Shown here: positions 38,001-50,748 of the stretch, one piece after another
Position numbering within the stretch: the stretch's first letter is position 1
How the letters are laid out: every line of letters begins with the position of its first letter
Assembly (NCBI GenBank): GCA_013265495.1
Contig: MU057719.1
Span: forward strand, 558,001-622,000
DNA: 64,000 nucleotides
From: Vicugna vicugna
Taxonomy: Eukaryota
Direction of reading: 5' to 3'
Made by a program: the position numbers and the translations under genes
Notes under the pieces: generated by a model
The model's input: the letters and a program-made list of their open reading frames with translations, nothing else
What the model was told of the DNA's origin: nothing
The model's database searches: none

Positions 38001-41000
38001 CAGCTGTCTCCACCTCTGAGCCTTGGCGCCGTCTTGTGGGTATCTGTCTTGACTGACTGGGGGAAACTGAGGGCACCCCACCCTGAGGCCTTGTGAACCC
38101 CTTGTCTGTGAAGCAGGGGAAGGGCTTGGGTTTCAGTTGTGTCCTTTCAGCTGGGTGGGTGTGCCCCCCAGCCAGGGGTGGAGGCTCAGCCTGACTGCCC
38201 TGGGGCTGACCCCACCTCTGGGCAGCAGGTGTGAGAAGGAGGGCCGGCTGGAGGTCCCCCAAGAAGACGGCCTGCTTCTCTAACTGGAGTCCACAGACCA
38301 GTCTTCCCCCTGGAGTTAAATCCATCCCTGCTCTGCCAGAGAGAACATGTGATCGGCTAGTGATGCCTGCCACGGCCAGAGCGGATGGCAAGGGGAGGAG
38401 GTGATTGCGGGCAGGCCCAGGTTTGCCTTCTCTGTCCTGGTGGGTCCACCACAGAGGGGTGGGCAGGTCCTGGGGGCCTGCAGAGGCCTTTCTAGAACTT
38501 GGTGGAAGGGCCACTGGGCTGACCCTTCATCCCAGCAGACAGGCAGGCAGTCGGGGGAGGGGAGAGGAGCACCCCTGGCTCTGACCCCAGCCCTCCAGCC
38601 ACCGTCTGGAGGTGGCAGACATGGCTCAGAGAGGGGAGGTCCTTGCCTGAGGCCACACAGCTGCTTGGTGGTCTCTAAGAACCCCGAGCGGGCCCCTGAG
38701 GAGGGGCCCCACGGAGTCTCCGAGCTTTCGTGTGTTTACGAGGGGGGTGCCCTTTCCCAGCACGGGCTCGCCGTGCCATCTGCTCCTGTGGTCTCCGTCC
38801 AGAGCCCGCAGTGTGGGTTGGATGCCCACCCGGCACAGCAAGTTCCCAGTCTGTTTCTTTCTGCCTCTCACTGCTGTGCCCAGACATGAACCCGGACAGG
38901 CCACTGTCACTATGTCCCAGAGAAGCCCGGGTGGTGCCTGGGGGCAGAGGGAGGTCAGGAAGTGTCACGAGCTCTGCTGCTACAGGCCGTCCCGGGCTGG
39001 CAGGGGCACGACGGGAGCAGACAGCCTTGGTCGTGGAGAAGGAGGAAAGGGCAGCGTGTTCCCTGGTGTGGGAGGGCACGGGTTTCCATCCAGGCTCAGC
39101 TGCCCTGGTGCGGAGCAGTTTGGGGCATCGGGGCCATTGTCAGGGCACTGAGTGTCAAGCTGAGGGCCAGGAGGTGGCCTCCACCCTGCCCTGCGGCCGA
39201 CAGGCTCTGGAACCTTGGGCAGAGCCGCCCCCCCCGGCCTGCTTCATCTTGGGACCGGGCCTGCCCTCATCCATCCATCCCTACCCTACAGTGCTCCCAG
39301 CCGCCACCTCTCCCTGCCCGACCTGTCTGCGCTTGGGTGCGGTTCCCCCAGCCAAGGGGATCTGGCCTGTCAGTGACCAGTTCGGAAGTGTTTTGTGCAG
39401 AGTGTGCTGTGGTTTTCTGCTGGTGAAGGCGGGGATGCACAAGAACTTGGCCCGCGGGCTGGAAGCAGAATCTGTCCAAGGGGCATTCAGGCTGTGGCTC
39501 TGGGAAGCCTGGGCTGTGTGGCCTCTCTGTGCAGGCCCACAGCGGGCTCTGTAGTGCCTCCTATTCCCCAGGGGGTGTTTCCAGAGCATTCTGTCCGGGC
39601 GGGACCCTGGCAGGCCACCAGGATGTCCGCCTTGGCCTGGCAGGTGTCCCCGGGAAGAGGTCAAGGTGGCAGGGCAAGAAAGCAGCCGAGTGGCTGCAGG
39701 AGGCTGGACCTCGCTCCCAGGGGAAGATGGCCCTGCTGACCCACTGGCCTTTCTGCTCCCAACTGCTGCCGTTCTGAGAAGCTGTCGGAAAACCAAACTA
39801 TATTCAGCTTCGCAGCTGCCGAGAAACCGCGTTCCTCTGTCAGTCAACAGCAGCTCCAGGCGCCCCCTCACTCGGATGACCGGCTGGGGAGGGGGAACCG
39901 TCCTTTCCTGTCCCGAGGTCCATGTCCTCTTCTGTCTCTCTGGGATTCTGGAGGCAAGGGCAGGGACAGCCTGGCTGGGGCCTGGGGGTTCACTCGGCTC
40001 TCCCCCAGTAGCCTGAGGCCAGCTGCACCTCCTCCCCAACCCACACGTCTGCTGGGCCTGCCTCTGCACATGACACAGGGAGACCGAGAACCTTCCTACC
40101 TTGGTGCTGACTTTGGCTTGAGGTCTTAGCGGTGACACCTGAGTGGCATCTGTCACTCTGTCCCTCAGCCCTGGCCCCCACTGGACTCCTGCCCCACCCG
40201 GCCCTGCAGCCTCTGAGCCTGCCCGTCCCCGAGTGTGCAGGTGACGTGCTCACCTCTGCCTCCTGCAGCCCCTAAATCTTGACCATGTCCACTGTCACCC
40301 TCGCCTCCACCTCCTTTAGTGCCAGGCCGTGCGGGAGGCACGTCCACACTGTTTCTCCTGAAGTGTCACAAAATGCAAGTGGTCTGTCCCCGTCTTACAG
40401 AGGCGTTAACTCAGGTCCCCTGGCGAGCTCAGGGGCTAGGAAGCCAGATGGCAGATTCCAGCCCTGTCTGTCTGACACAGGCCGGAACTCTGAGCTCCAA
40501 TTAGACTTCTCACCAGATCAGCTCCCTGGCACCTCCTGTGGGAGGCCCTCCCGATTTCCCTCCTCCACCTACTCCTGGGCCTTTGTGGCCATCCTCGCGC
40601 CCTTCTGCCTTACGCGACCTTCCTGGGGGTGTGGGCATGGGTCCCCTCCTCTCTGGCACAACGCGTACTCAGTCTGAGCTGAGTGTAGGTGTGGTGGGAA
40701 GCGGGCACGGCCCGGCACAGCCCCTGGCGTGATGGCCTGTCTGCGTGGGTGCCTGGTGGGCTGAGGAGAGAAACGAGGTCCTTTGGCTTGTTTGGGCAGC
40801 CAGGCTATTTAGCCGGGGAGCCACTTTTAATAAGCAAAACCCGGTGCTTCAAGGCCTCCCAGCCAATTAGCAGGCGGCACCCAGGTGGCTCTTTGAATAA
40901 TTAAACGGGCCTGTCAGGGCCTTCAGGCTGTGGTTTGATGTGACTTTAAAGTTTGCCTGGCTGCCGGTTCCCCAGCAAAGTGGTACACCGGAGGTGTGGC

Positions 41001-42059
41001 CCAGTGCCCGGCGCCCTGGCTAGCCGCTCCCCCACCCCTCCCACCCACGCGCCCTCTTCTGCTCCCCTGCACCTGCCTGGGCCCCTGATCACAGCTGGTG
41101 AGGTGAGTCTGAGTGTGGCGGTGTCCATGCCAGGCCTGGTGCCAGGACCTCCCACAGCCGCGTCGCACCTAATTCTGAGGCCAACTTCGGAATAGGAAGC
41201 TTGTCCGGGCCAGAGGAGTGACCTCCGAGGGCTCTCAGGTGCTGCCGGTCCTCCGCGTGCGGGACTGGAGCGGCTGGCTTGTCCCGGCGCTAGCACTGGA
41301 ATTCCTGCATCGCTGGTCCTGCACAAGCTGGCCAGTGGTCGCCCCCAGAGGACAGATGCCAGGAGCTGAGCACCCCCAGGCCTCTAAGGCCAAGTCTGCT
41401 CTTGGGGGGCCACGGGCTGGTCTCCCCCTCCAGTATGTGAACCCAGGAGCCCAAGGCTCCGCCTTTCCTGTCGGACGCACCAGAGTGGCCAAGGAGGACC
41501 AGGGCGTCTGCCGATGGCGCTGCTCTGTAAGGCTGCCGGTAAACGCGGATCTTCTTCGCAGGGAGCGCTTTCCTGTGAGTCAGGAGTCTGCCTTCTTCCC
41601 GGCACGTGCCAAGTGCGGGGAGGAGCTGAGGTGCCTCAGGCCCGGATCACCTGCATCTGCAACGCCAGCAGAGGTGGGAACATAAACCCGGTGCCCTAGG
41701 TTCTCTGGGTGCCGCTAGGCGGTCGGAGCCACACTCGGACCCGAAGCTTTCTTACCTCCCGAGTGTGAACGTTGGTTTGCGGAGCGTGCTTCCCCGGAGG
41801 CACTGGGTGGGAGGACCTGGTGGTGGTCCTGGAGGCGCCCTGGGCGAGGGGCACTTTACAGCTGTAGTGGAAACCCGGGGTGGGCCCACTGGGAGGCCGT
41901 GGGGAGGCGGGGGACTGCCTGTGTCTGAGGCCCTGGACTTGCAGGTGGGCTCTGGGGTGAACTGCGGGAAAGGGAGGGACAGTGGCCCAGGCTCTCATGG
42001 GACACTTGCTGGGAGCAAGGACCTGGGCTGAGACTTGGCTTGTGTGTGTTCTCCTTTGA

Positions 42060-42210
42060 TCGTAACACTTACCATTACCCCCATCCCACAGCTGGGGAAG
42101 CTGGCTCAGAGAGGGAGGGTGCACTGCTCAGCGTCACACAGCGAGTCTGCAGCAGAGCTGGGGTTTGAACCCGGATCTGTTATCTACAGAGGCCTGGCTC
42201 TTAGCTCCTC
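42060..42210 (-). mobile_element. MIR
   Basis: cccatcccacagctggggaagctggctcagagag...cagagctggggtttgaacccggatctg. Confidence 0.75.
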
Positions 42211-43577
42211 CCACAAGGCCTCCCCTAAGATGAGAGTGACAGAGGCAGTGGGGTCTCTGCTCTGGCTGCTCGCCAGGGTGGGGGACGGTGGCGCCTGGGG
42301 GCAGCGGTCTGGGTCCTGGCAGGGCCCTCTGCAGACAGCGCAGTAACGAAATGTGTACCTGCCTTGCACCAGGGGCTCCTTGGTCTGGGTGGAGGGCCCC
42401 CCAGGGAAGTGGCCCTGCCCGTGGGGCTCCAGGATGGATTGAATAACACAGGGCCGGCCGCCGCCAGACGGCAGCTGGGCTGGGCCCGCCGCGTGCTGCG
42501 CTGGGGCTGGGTTTGAAGTGCGTGAAACTCAGACGGGAGGTTCGGCAGCTGCTGTCCAGAAGATAGTAAATCAGCGCCGACAGGCGGGTCGAGCTCCCCC
42601 GGAGCCCCGGGTCCAGGCCCCGCAGCCTCCGCAGCACAGGGAGCATGAATCTGGGCGAGTCCTTCCGCCAGGAGCCGGAGGCCTGGGACCTCCTCCCAAG
42701 GGGGCCCCTGCGCTCGGAGCTCCTCTCACTGGCTCCTTCGGTCTTTGATAAACCAAGCCTGCTGCCGCCACGCAGGACCTTCCCTGTCCCCGTCCGACGG
42801 CTCCTGTGCTCACACCTCCACCCAGGGCCCCGGAGCGTCGGGTCTGCCCCTTCCCCACGTGTCTGTTTCCCATGCGGCCACAGGCACAGTCGCACCAGCG
42901 GGCACTTTTCAGAGGCCACAGCTGTTAGCAGCTTCTCCAAGAAGTCCCGTGGGCAAGGACCAGAGACTGATTTGTTGAACCCAGGGCTACGTTCAGGCTT
43001 TGCCTTCTCCCTGGATCAGTGACGGATGGCAGCCCCCAGGCCAGCTCCGATCAGGTGCCCAGTAAATACCCGATGGATGGGGGAAGGGAGGACGGCAGGG
43101 TTTGGCGTGGGAACGGCGGCCCTCTCTGTTCTTCTGGGGTCTGTCTCAGCCGCCCACTCAGGGTGCCCTGTGTTTAGGCCTTTTTCCTCTAGCTGGGGAC
43201 CCTCTGCCTCTGGCACTGGGACTGTTGCTGTCCTGCCCACGCACGGCCAGCAGTCACAGCAGCTGGATGCTAAAACTGACCTCGGAGTGGGAGGCGTGAT
43301 TTGGGTTGGGGAGGTGCAAGTGTGGCTCGAGCCTCTCGCCCCGCCCTGGGAGGACGAGTGAGGAGTCTGGCCAGGGTGGATTTCTTGCTGCCCAGTGCGT
43401 GGGCTCTGCTGGCAATTTCTTCACAGCTTTTCCGCTTCCTGCTCGGGCATCCCCTTAATTCCCTAAGTGGGGAAAGCGGGAAGCTTGGCTTCCCAGAAGC
43501 CAGGCTCGAGGAAATGCGTCCTCATGAAGGTCTGATGGGACGAGAGGAACCCCTCCCACGCCCTGGGGACCTGGATG

Positions 43578-43592
43578 ACTGCCCTCTGGTGT
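43578..43592 (-). promoter_or_regulatory. CTCF-like motif ACACCAGAGGGCAGT
   Basis: 14/15 match to the consensus; motif only. Confidence 0.3.
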
Positions 43593-44069
43593 CTGACCCA
43601 CGGGCGTTTCTGTGCGGTTTCACCACACTTGATTCTCATCCCCTTCTCTTAAAGAGCAAGTTAACTGCACCAGGAGCGTCTGGATGTCCTGTTGAGCCAG
43701 GGAGAGGGGCTTGGGGGGGAGCTGCATAGTGGGTCTGGGCGATCAGCTGGTGCCTGCGACAGAAGGAGGGAGCCAGAGTGACCACAGAGTCACACCTGGT
43801 CCAGCCCCTGCCGGGCTGGAAGTTACAGCTGGAATGTGGCCCCGGAAACTGCTCAAACGCCCTCTGTGCAAATATGCTCCCCCAGTGTTAAGTCAGGGTC
43901 GGTGTCGTCAAGTCACAGCTCAGGCTGACTTGGGTACCGCTGTGTGGTTTCTCATAAGCACGTCTTGAAGATGCTTCCTCGTGTCTTATTCAGGACGGCC
44001 GTTTGTTGTTGTCTGGGGGGAGTGAACAGCTTGAGAACATCTGACACCCGTGTATCTGTCCCCTCATCC

Positions 44070-44345
44070 ATTCCCCAACTAGTTCACCCACCCACCCATC
44101 CTCCCACCCCTGCCCCCTACTGGCTCACTCACTCATCTCATTCATCTGTCCATCAGCCCACAAAGTCCACCCCTCCCACCCACCTGTCCTCCCAGACATC
44201 CATCCGTCCATCCAACCACCCATCCATCCGTCCACCCACTCATCCATCCCCCTGTCCATCTGTCCATCCATCCGTTCGTACATCCATCCATCCATCCATC
44301 CGTCTATCCATCCACCCACCCGTCTGTCTGCCATCTATCCATCCA
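44070..44345 (+). repeat. Long degenerate (CCAT)n/(CCAC)n array, probably an expanded antisense L2 tail
   Basis: catccatccatccatccatccgtctatccatccacccacc, followed by L2-like tgtggactctgctaggc. Confidence 0.9.
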
Positions 44346-45289
44346 TGCCTCTCTAATGTGGACTCTGCTAGGCAGAAGTGGACCCAGGCTGAGAGAGTGG
44401 CCGCATCTTCCCACATGAGGTAGAGCGGGACCTGGGTGAATGGGGCAGGGGGGGGCTGAAGGCGGAGGAAGAGCAGGTACAGAGGCTTAGGTAGAGTGGG
44501 CCCGGGGCAGTGGGGACAGGACAGGGGAGCAGAGGGAGGCCAGATGGTTGGCACGGCCTCCTCACCCCCTGCATTCCCGTCCCAGCAGCCAGGGTGCGAG
44601 GCTCCACGACATCCCTGACAGGCGGCCCCCCCGTCCGCTCCTCCCCACTCCGGCTGTAGCCTGTCTTTGTTTGGCGATGGCAGAAATTAATTGGATTTGC
44701 AGCTTCGTTCTCGAGGGGATTTGTAGCCCCCAGTAGGGGTGTTGGAACAAAAGCAGGAAGGGTTTTGTGGGCAGCGGGGTAATTCTCCTGACTTTAACAT
44801 TCCTGTTTCATCTCGGTCGGGTAGGACAGATGAAGGAGATGAAAAGAGGTGTAAACCAAGACACTGACAGAGACACAGAGAAGGGAAATTATAGGGAAAT
44901 CACACACACACAAGATCAATTTCTTTTTTTAAAAAGAGACAAAATGTTTTGAAACGACTACTCTGTCTTGTTTTAGCGAACCCTAACTTTCTATTTGTCT
45001 GGAAGGAAATAAGACCCTGAAATATTCTGGACACCGGGCTCTCAGGCTCTAATGAGGCACCAAAAGTTGATTTTCTTGGGTCATGGTAATTAGTCTGGAG
45101 GAGGAGGATGCACAGAAATAATAAGTAGCAGCTCCCACTTTGGGGCCTCGTTTTCAGCGAGTCTTCACAGCAGCCCAGCGTAAGGGGTCACTTTGATCTC
45201 CTAGGACCTAGGAGTCAGGTCCGCCTGGGTGTGCCTCACTCCAAAACCTTTCCTCTCCTTCCCTCTGCCCTAGCTCACTTGCAGAGCAG

Positions 45290-45450
45290 GTGCGTTTCCT
45301 CTGAGTGCCTGGTCTGCTTGAGGGGGAGAGCCCTGTGTTAAGAACTGGGCTTCGAGGGTAGGAGTAGGCAGTTGATTAGTGATGTCTGCCGGGGCACATC
45401 CAGAGCGAGAGGTGGTGTGCATGCCGTGGATTTGCTGACACCCTGAGCCG
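45290..45450. mobile_element. Probable ancient MER-class DNA transposon fragment, copy B
   Basis: ggcagttgattagtgatgtctgcc...gtgtgcatgccgtggatttgctgacaccctg. Confidence 0.5.
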
Positions 45451-45854
45451 GAAAATGGAAGGTTTCGGATCATAAAGCAGAACACAGATGCTCCCTCATT
45501 ATTAGAAATTCTAAATGGAGCTCTAAATGGAGACAGTTACTTTTGTCTTGAGTGTGTCCCAGCATGCTGACCTGTTTTCAACATCTGACAAGACATAGCC
45601 CTGCCCCACTCTGCCTCCTCAAGCCTGTGCCCCTAACCTTGGATTCCCCTGCTCTGGGAAGGGTCCGAGCCAGCCACAAGGATGTTGAGGCCAAGTCTGG
45701 GCTCTCGGGGCCCTGGAGGCAAGAAGGACCTTAGAGACCTCCCCACGGACAACCTTACACAGAAGGACATTGCTACCCAGGTCTCTCAGGGAGCCCCTGG
45801 CAGAGCGGGGCAGGTAGACCCGCCCGAGGGACTTCAGAGCGCAGGGCTTTACAG

Positions 45855-46005
45855 CAGGGGCCAGCACGTGAAGGAGTCACCCCAGCCTTATGAAAACCCC
45901 GATTCCTGGGCTCCACCCTTGGCAATCCTGAGCCCCCTGGGCCTGGGATGGGGCCTGAGAATTGGCATGTCTGTCCAGCCCCCAGGGGGTGCGATGCTGC
46001 CCGTC
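45855..46005. mobile_element. MER5A-like hAT-Charlie element
   Basis: gattcctgggctccaccc...gggcctgggatggggcctgagaattggcatgtct...cccccaggggg tgcgatgctgc pattern matches recalled MER5A. Confidence 0.7.
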
Positions 46006-46479
46006 AGGCTGATGGGAGCACAGCTGGAAGAGGGAGGGTGCAGGACCTCGGCGATGCTGGCCGAGGAGGTCGGCTCGCCTCCAGGTCCCCTGCCTGGTGT
46101 TCAAGAGGCCAGCTCTACCCACATATGAGCAGACGTGCTCTTACGGCCAGAGAGACCTGGGGTGCGGACAGCTGTCCCCCCACGGGCAGGGCTGTGCATA
46201 AGAGCACTGGTGGCCCACCTGCTGTCTCCTGGAGGCAGGTTCCCGTGCTGCACGCCCAGGGTGCCTGGGGGAGCCCCACACCCTGTCTCTGGAGTTCCTC
46301 GGATGTGTGCAGGCATGATAGTCACACAGACGGAAGCGTCCTGCTGTCCCCAGCCCGGCCCCTTCATTTGTCAGCAGAGATGTGGGGGCCTAGAGAGAGG
46401 GACGGACAGTGCAGTGTCCAGGGCTGAGCTGGGCACGGTGTCCTCACTCTCCGCACCTCCGCCGGGGGTCCTGTGACAC

Positions 46480-46870
46480 AGAGCCCTGTGATGTGGCTCC
46501 GGTCTCCTTCCACGGGAGAGCAGACAGAAGCCCGCCCACGCCTCCGGGCAGGGCCCAGCAGGGCGCCCGCTCCAGGGGCCCGCCCGTGGTGGACGGCAGG
46601 CCAGGGGCAGCGATGCCACCGAGACCCGCTCACACCCTCTCGTCTCCTCTCCCGCAGGCCCTTTCCCTCGGAGGAGACCGCGGAGAACGATGATGACGTC
46701 TACCGCAGCCTGGAGGAGCTGGCAGAGTAAGGAGCAGCGGGAGGGGGGGCCGGGGCCGAGGGGCCGCACACAGCGGCCCCCGCGCGGGGAGCCGGCCGTG
46801 GCCGTCCTGCCCGGCATCCCCTGGGGGGTGCTGGCGGTGCAGCTCCCGCGGGCCCTAGTGGGGTCTCGTG
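46480..46870. promoter_or_regulatory. Intragenic CpG-island-like patch over exon 4
   Basis: About 35 CpG hand-counted in 46501-46860 at roughly 70% GC. Confidence 0.6.
46658..46726 (+). CDS. VAV2: VAV2 coding exon (exon 4 equivalent), acidic region: (R)[22 protein letters not shown](D), contains Tyr142 equivalent
   Basis: Acceptor ctctcgtctcctctcccgcag, 69 nt, donor GA|gtaagg. AG+G forms the Arg codon with the previous exon; matches human [23 protein letters not shown]. Confidence 0.98.
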
Positions 46871-48579
46871 GGTGAGTTCTTCAGCTGCATTCTAGGAGGC
46901 TCCCAGCTTGTCTGGGGTGATCTGGCAGTGGCCTGACTGCCCCGGGTCAGATGTGAGGAGGGCTGGGAAGTGGGGCTGGCTCGGCCCTCGGAGTCTGTGT
47001 CTCAGAGCGGGGGCTGGCATTCCCAAAAGCAGGAGCCCCTGGAGCACAGGCCACAGAAAGGTGGCTGGCGGTTCAGGGTTGCCTCGTGGCCCGACGTGGG
47101 GCCAGACAGGGGCCAGGCCACCCGAAGCCACTGGGCGTCTCCCCTTCTCCCGGTGGCCCCATCTTTGCCTGCTTTGTGTCTGCTCCATTCCTCTCTCTGA
47201 GGATTTCCGTGTTCTGTGCCATGAACACCCCTCCCCAGCTGTCTCACCTTCGGGTCCTGGAGCCCCCAGGGACTGGCAGGAACCCCTGGCTCTTCCAGAA
47301 GAGATCTCTGGGCTCTGCGTGGTCAGCTGTGGCCAGGGTGGGGCCCTGTGGCCTGCAGCTCCTAGAAGGGGCAGTGGGAGGGAGGTGGGGGGGGCTGCCC
47401 CATCCTGCAGGAGGGGGACGGAGAGGCCTGGGAGGTGACGGGCTTGCCCAGGTCATGAGGTGGTCCCTGGTGGCTCCTGACCTGGCTGGCGCACTGCCCT
47501 TCAGGCCAGGCCAAGGACCCTCCTCCCGAGCTTCCTGCCAATGGGGCCTTGCTCCTGTTTCTTTGTTCCCGGACAAACGGCTGCTCCTTCTGGGAACTCT
47601 CGCCGTCTGTCTGCCTCCCTCTCATGGCACGGACTGAGACTGAGGATCAGGATCGGAGGAGGAGCCGCGCTTACTGTGCCCCTGCAGTGCGAGGCCTCCA
47701 GCTCGATGCCCGCCCGCTTGTCGGGGGCCACCTCCAGGGTAGGGGACCCAGGCAGACATTCTTTGCAGGGTCCCCATCCATTTAAATAATTTGAGTCGTT
47801 GAAGCATCAGCACGTGGACATCAAGCTGGCGGCCCAGTCTCACGTGATTCTGTGAACGAAGCGCCTCACCGGCCAGTGGGCAGAGCTGCCACCGGCTGGC
47901 TTCCCGGCACTGGGCTGGCGCCAGGGCCCCGGGGTGGCCCCGGGGTGCAGCGTGCCACTCCCTGGGACAGCCGGTCGACCCCACCGTGGGTCGGAGGGTG
48001 GAGAGCTCCCCATGGGGAGAAGTGGGGCCTGCACCCGTCACAGCCAGGGCCCGGAACTCCCCACCTGGACGCTGGCGCCCACCCAGCTCGGTCCCCGCAG
48101 TCAAGAGGGCGACTGAGAACAAGTCGGGAAAATGCCCTCCGACCCTCAGGGCGGGGCTGGGTGACGGCTGCGCACCCACCCTGCAGGGAGGGAGGGGACC
48201 CAGGCCCAGAGAGGCGCAGCTGGAGGAGGGCCCGGGTCCCAGCCCACCTGCCGCCCCCTTGCGTGCTGAGCGCAGGGCTGGAGCTGCCTCCCACCCTCCC
48301 TTCCTGGCGTTTTCCACCTTGCCAGCCCTGGTCTGCCAACTCCAGGCCTAAGTGTCCCCTGCTTCGGGAAGACCCTGTACTCCACTGGTCTGGCCAGCAT
48401 CCCACCCCCCATGCACCGCCGAGCCGCCACACACCTGTTTGGCCTTGGGTTGTTGATGGGATGCTCTGGGATCGGGTGGGGAAGGTCTGTCTGCCGTAGG
48501 CTGGCCTGCATCTCCATGTCACCCCCTGCCCCGGCCATCTTCGGCCCCTAGCAGTACTCACCTTGTGCACACGGCCTAA

Positions 48580-48790
48580 CAGCGCCCCCCAGGTGATGAT
48601 GGCAGTGATGTGGGCGGTGCTTACAGAGCGTTCATGGGGCTGGGCCCTGCTGGGACTTCTGTTTACAGCCCCACCCACCCCCGCCATCTCCTTGTGCCCC
48701 CACTTTACAGATAAGGAAACTGAGGCCTCCAGAGGGGAGCTGCTGGCCCACGTCACCCAGCTAGCGAGTGGCAGACTCTGTGCCCTCACC
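48580..48790 (-). mobile_element. MIR
   Basis: cccactttacagataaggaaactgaggc...cccacgtcacccagctagcgagtggcag. Confidence 0.85.
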
Positions 48791-50514
48791 CCCCCACCAG
48801 GCAGTCAGTGCCCCCCGGAGTCAGGGGAACCCCCTGCCCAGTGCTGGATGTGAGGCCCTGATCTGCCATTTCTCCTAAGTCACCGAGCTGAGGGTGGGGG
48901 GTCTGTGCCCTCCGGAAACACGCCTCAGTGGTCAGCAGAAGCTGAGCTCCAGGAGGACCGGGACCGCACCGGCTTTGTGCGCCCGGACCTGGCGTGAAAC
49001 GCCCTGGCCCCACTTTGCTGCCATCCCCGGGCCGCTGCCTGTCCCCAGTGGCGTGCGCTGCACATTCAGTTTTGAAGAATCCTGGGCAGTTACTGACGCG
49101 GCGGCCCCAGGGGGCCCGTTTCCCCCTTCTCTGCCTGTCTCGGTCGTGACCGACCTCTCAAACCAAAACGTACATTCCTCTCGCACGGAGAAGCCAGCCG
49201 GGCGATGTGTGGCTTTGCCCAGTTCAGTAATGTTATTCCGTGACCTTAAGAGTGAGCCTCCTTAATCCAGTGAGTTCCTCATGACTGCAGCTTTGCAAAC
49301 CTAAATCATAGATTATAGGGAAGGGGAATGAATTTGAGCCTTTAACTTGTGGTTTGGTCCCAGAGGCTCCATTTTAATAAATTTTTCATGCTCCCCCCTT
49401 CTCCTTTCACTGAAAATCAGGATTTCCCAGCATCCTGTCTCTGCGGACTTGAGATTAATATTTATCCATTATGGCAATTTACAAGACGGAAACAGAAATG
49501 TCACTTCTTACCCGGCCTCTGCGGGTGAGGGAACGCAGCGGTGGCTCCTAAAGGCTGGAGCCGGGGCAGTGGCCTGGGGCTGAGGCCAGGCAGCAGCGGG
49601 GAGCGCGGGAGCGACGTTTCCGGCAGAAGTGGCTAATTCTTCCCTTGGGCTTCGGCTGGGCGTCAGGAATGATGATCACCTTGTGTTTCTAGGGGCGTCT
49701 CCCAGACCTCCGGCGTCCTGCAGCTGCTTGGGGGAAGGTCACACACTCGTTCCACACGTGGCTCACCCACCTCGTGGGAGCCTGGGGGCATCTGGGTCGC
49801 CAGTGAGGGACCGCCAGGTGCGCAGGCCTGAAGAACGCTTCCGTTCAGCCAGCCAGCCAGTCAGTCGTTGCGTGTGTTCAGCCGCCAACTGGTTACTCCG
49901 CACTTTCCGTGTCAGCTCGAGACCAGGAGCTGGAACTGTCAAGGGGAAGGAGGCGCGCCCCTGCCTCCCGGGACCCGGGGTTCTGCGCAGCGGGAGGCGG
50001 GGGTGGCCAGAGGGGCGAGCGCGGGCGTCCCCGGAGGAGAGGCGTGCGTCTCCCACACGGGCCCCTCTCAGGATACTCCCTGGAGGGGCTGCTCCTACCG
50101 GGGAGTCTCCAGCCCTCACCGCCCCAGTGTCACCCCGGAGGGCTACTGAGGGCCCTGCAGCCGCAGCCCACACAGGTGCTGCCCCACGCTGAGGGCCCAC
50201 CCCTAAAGCCGGCGCACCGACCAGGCTGCGCGCGAGAGTCTGCCTTGTTCCCCAAGCGGCTGCGGGCGTCTCTGGGCAGACCTGGCGCCCGGGCTCTGGC
50301 ATGTCCCACCGTGTGGCCTCCAGCGGGTCACCCAGGCTCCGCACCCTGGTTTCCCTGTGTGTAACACCCATGTCGGTGTCTGCGGGAGGGTTCGCGGTGG
50401 CACTGGCGTAGCACGGTGCCCAGCGGGCACACCGTGAGCTCCCAGGCAGGGACGGGGGTCCCGGCCTCCCATTCTACCAGGAATGTGGCCTCTGCAGTTC
50501 CCAAGTGGCTACAG

Positions 50515-50748
50515 CAGTGCTGTCCAATACGGGCCGCCTGGGTGGTTGTAAGTTCTCTTGTAGCCACATTTAAGAGAGAAAGAAACAGGAGAAGTGAATT
50601 TTACGAATGTATTTTCACTTAACCCGTTGTATCCAAAGCAGTGTCTAGCCTGGCGCATGTTTCAGCACAGCGTCGGGACTGGAGCCGCTGAGCGTCCCTT
50701 TTGCAGCGTGTAGGCGCCGCCCGTCCTCTGGCCCCTGCGGGCAGCCCA
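50515..50748. mobile_element. MER33-like DNA transposon, internally deleted
   Basis: cagtgctgtccaata...tgtagccacatttaagagagaaagaaacaggagaagtgaattttacgaatgtattttcacttaacccgttgtatccaaa. Confidence 0.75.

Larger units (their letters stand above)
30566..46657 (+). other. VAV2: VAV2 intron 3 (16,092 nt, GT-AG, phase 2)
   Basis: Bounded by the identified donor and acceptor. Confidence 0.93.

Noticed and set aside
37372-38514. 380-aa minus-strand ORF, and similar 200-330 aa ORFs (5667-6647, 16731-17681, 47866-48789, 39281-40156)
   Set aside because: Low-complexity GC-driven composition, overlapping ORFs in several frames, overlap with repeats, no recognisable homology.
49376-49381. Intronic polyadenylation signal AATAAA (also near 4700 and 53274)
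   Set aside because: No clear downstream GU-rich element or upstream UGUA; the hexamer alone is weak evidence.
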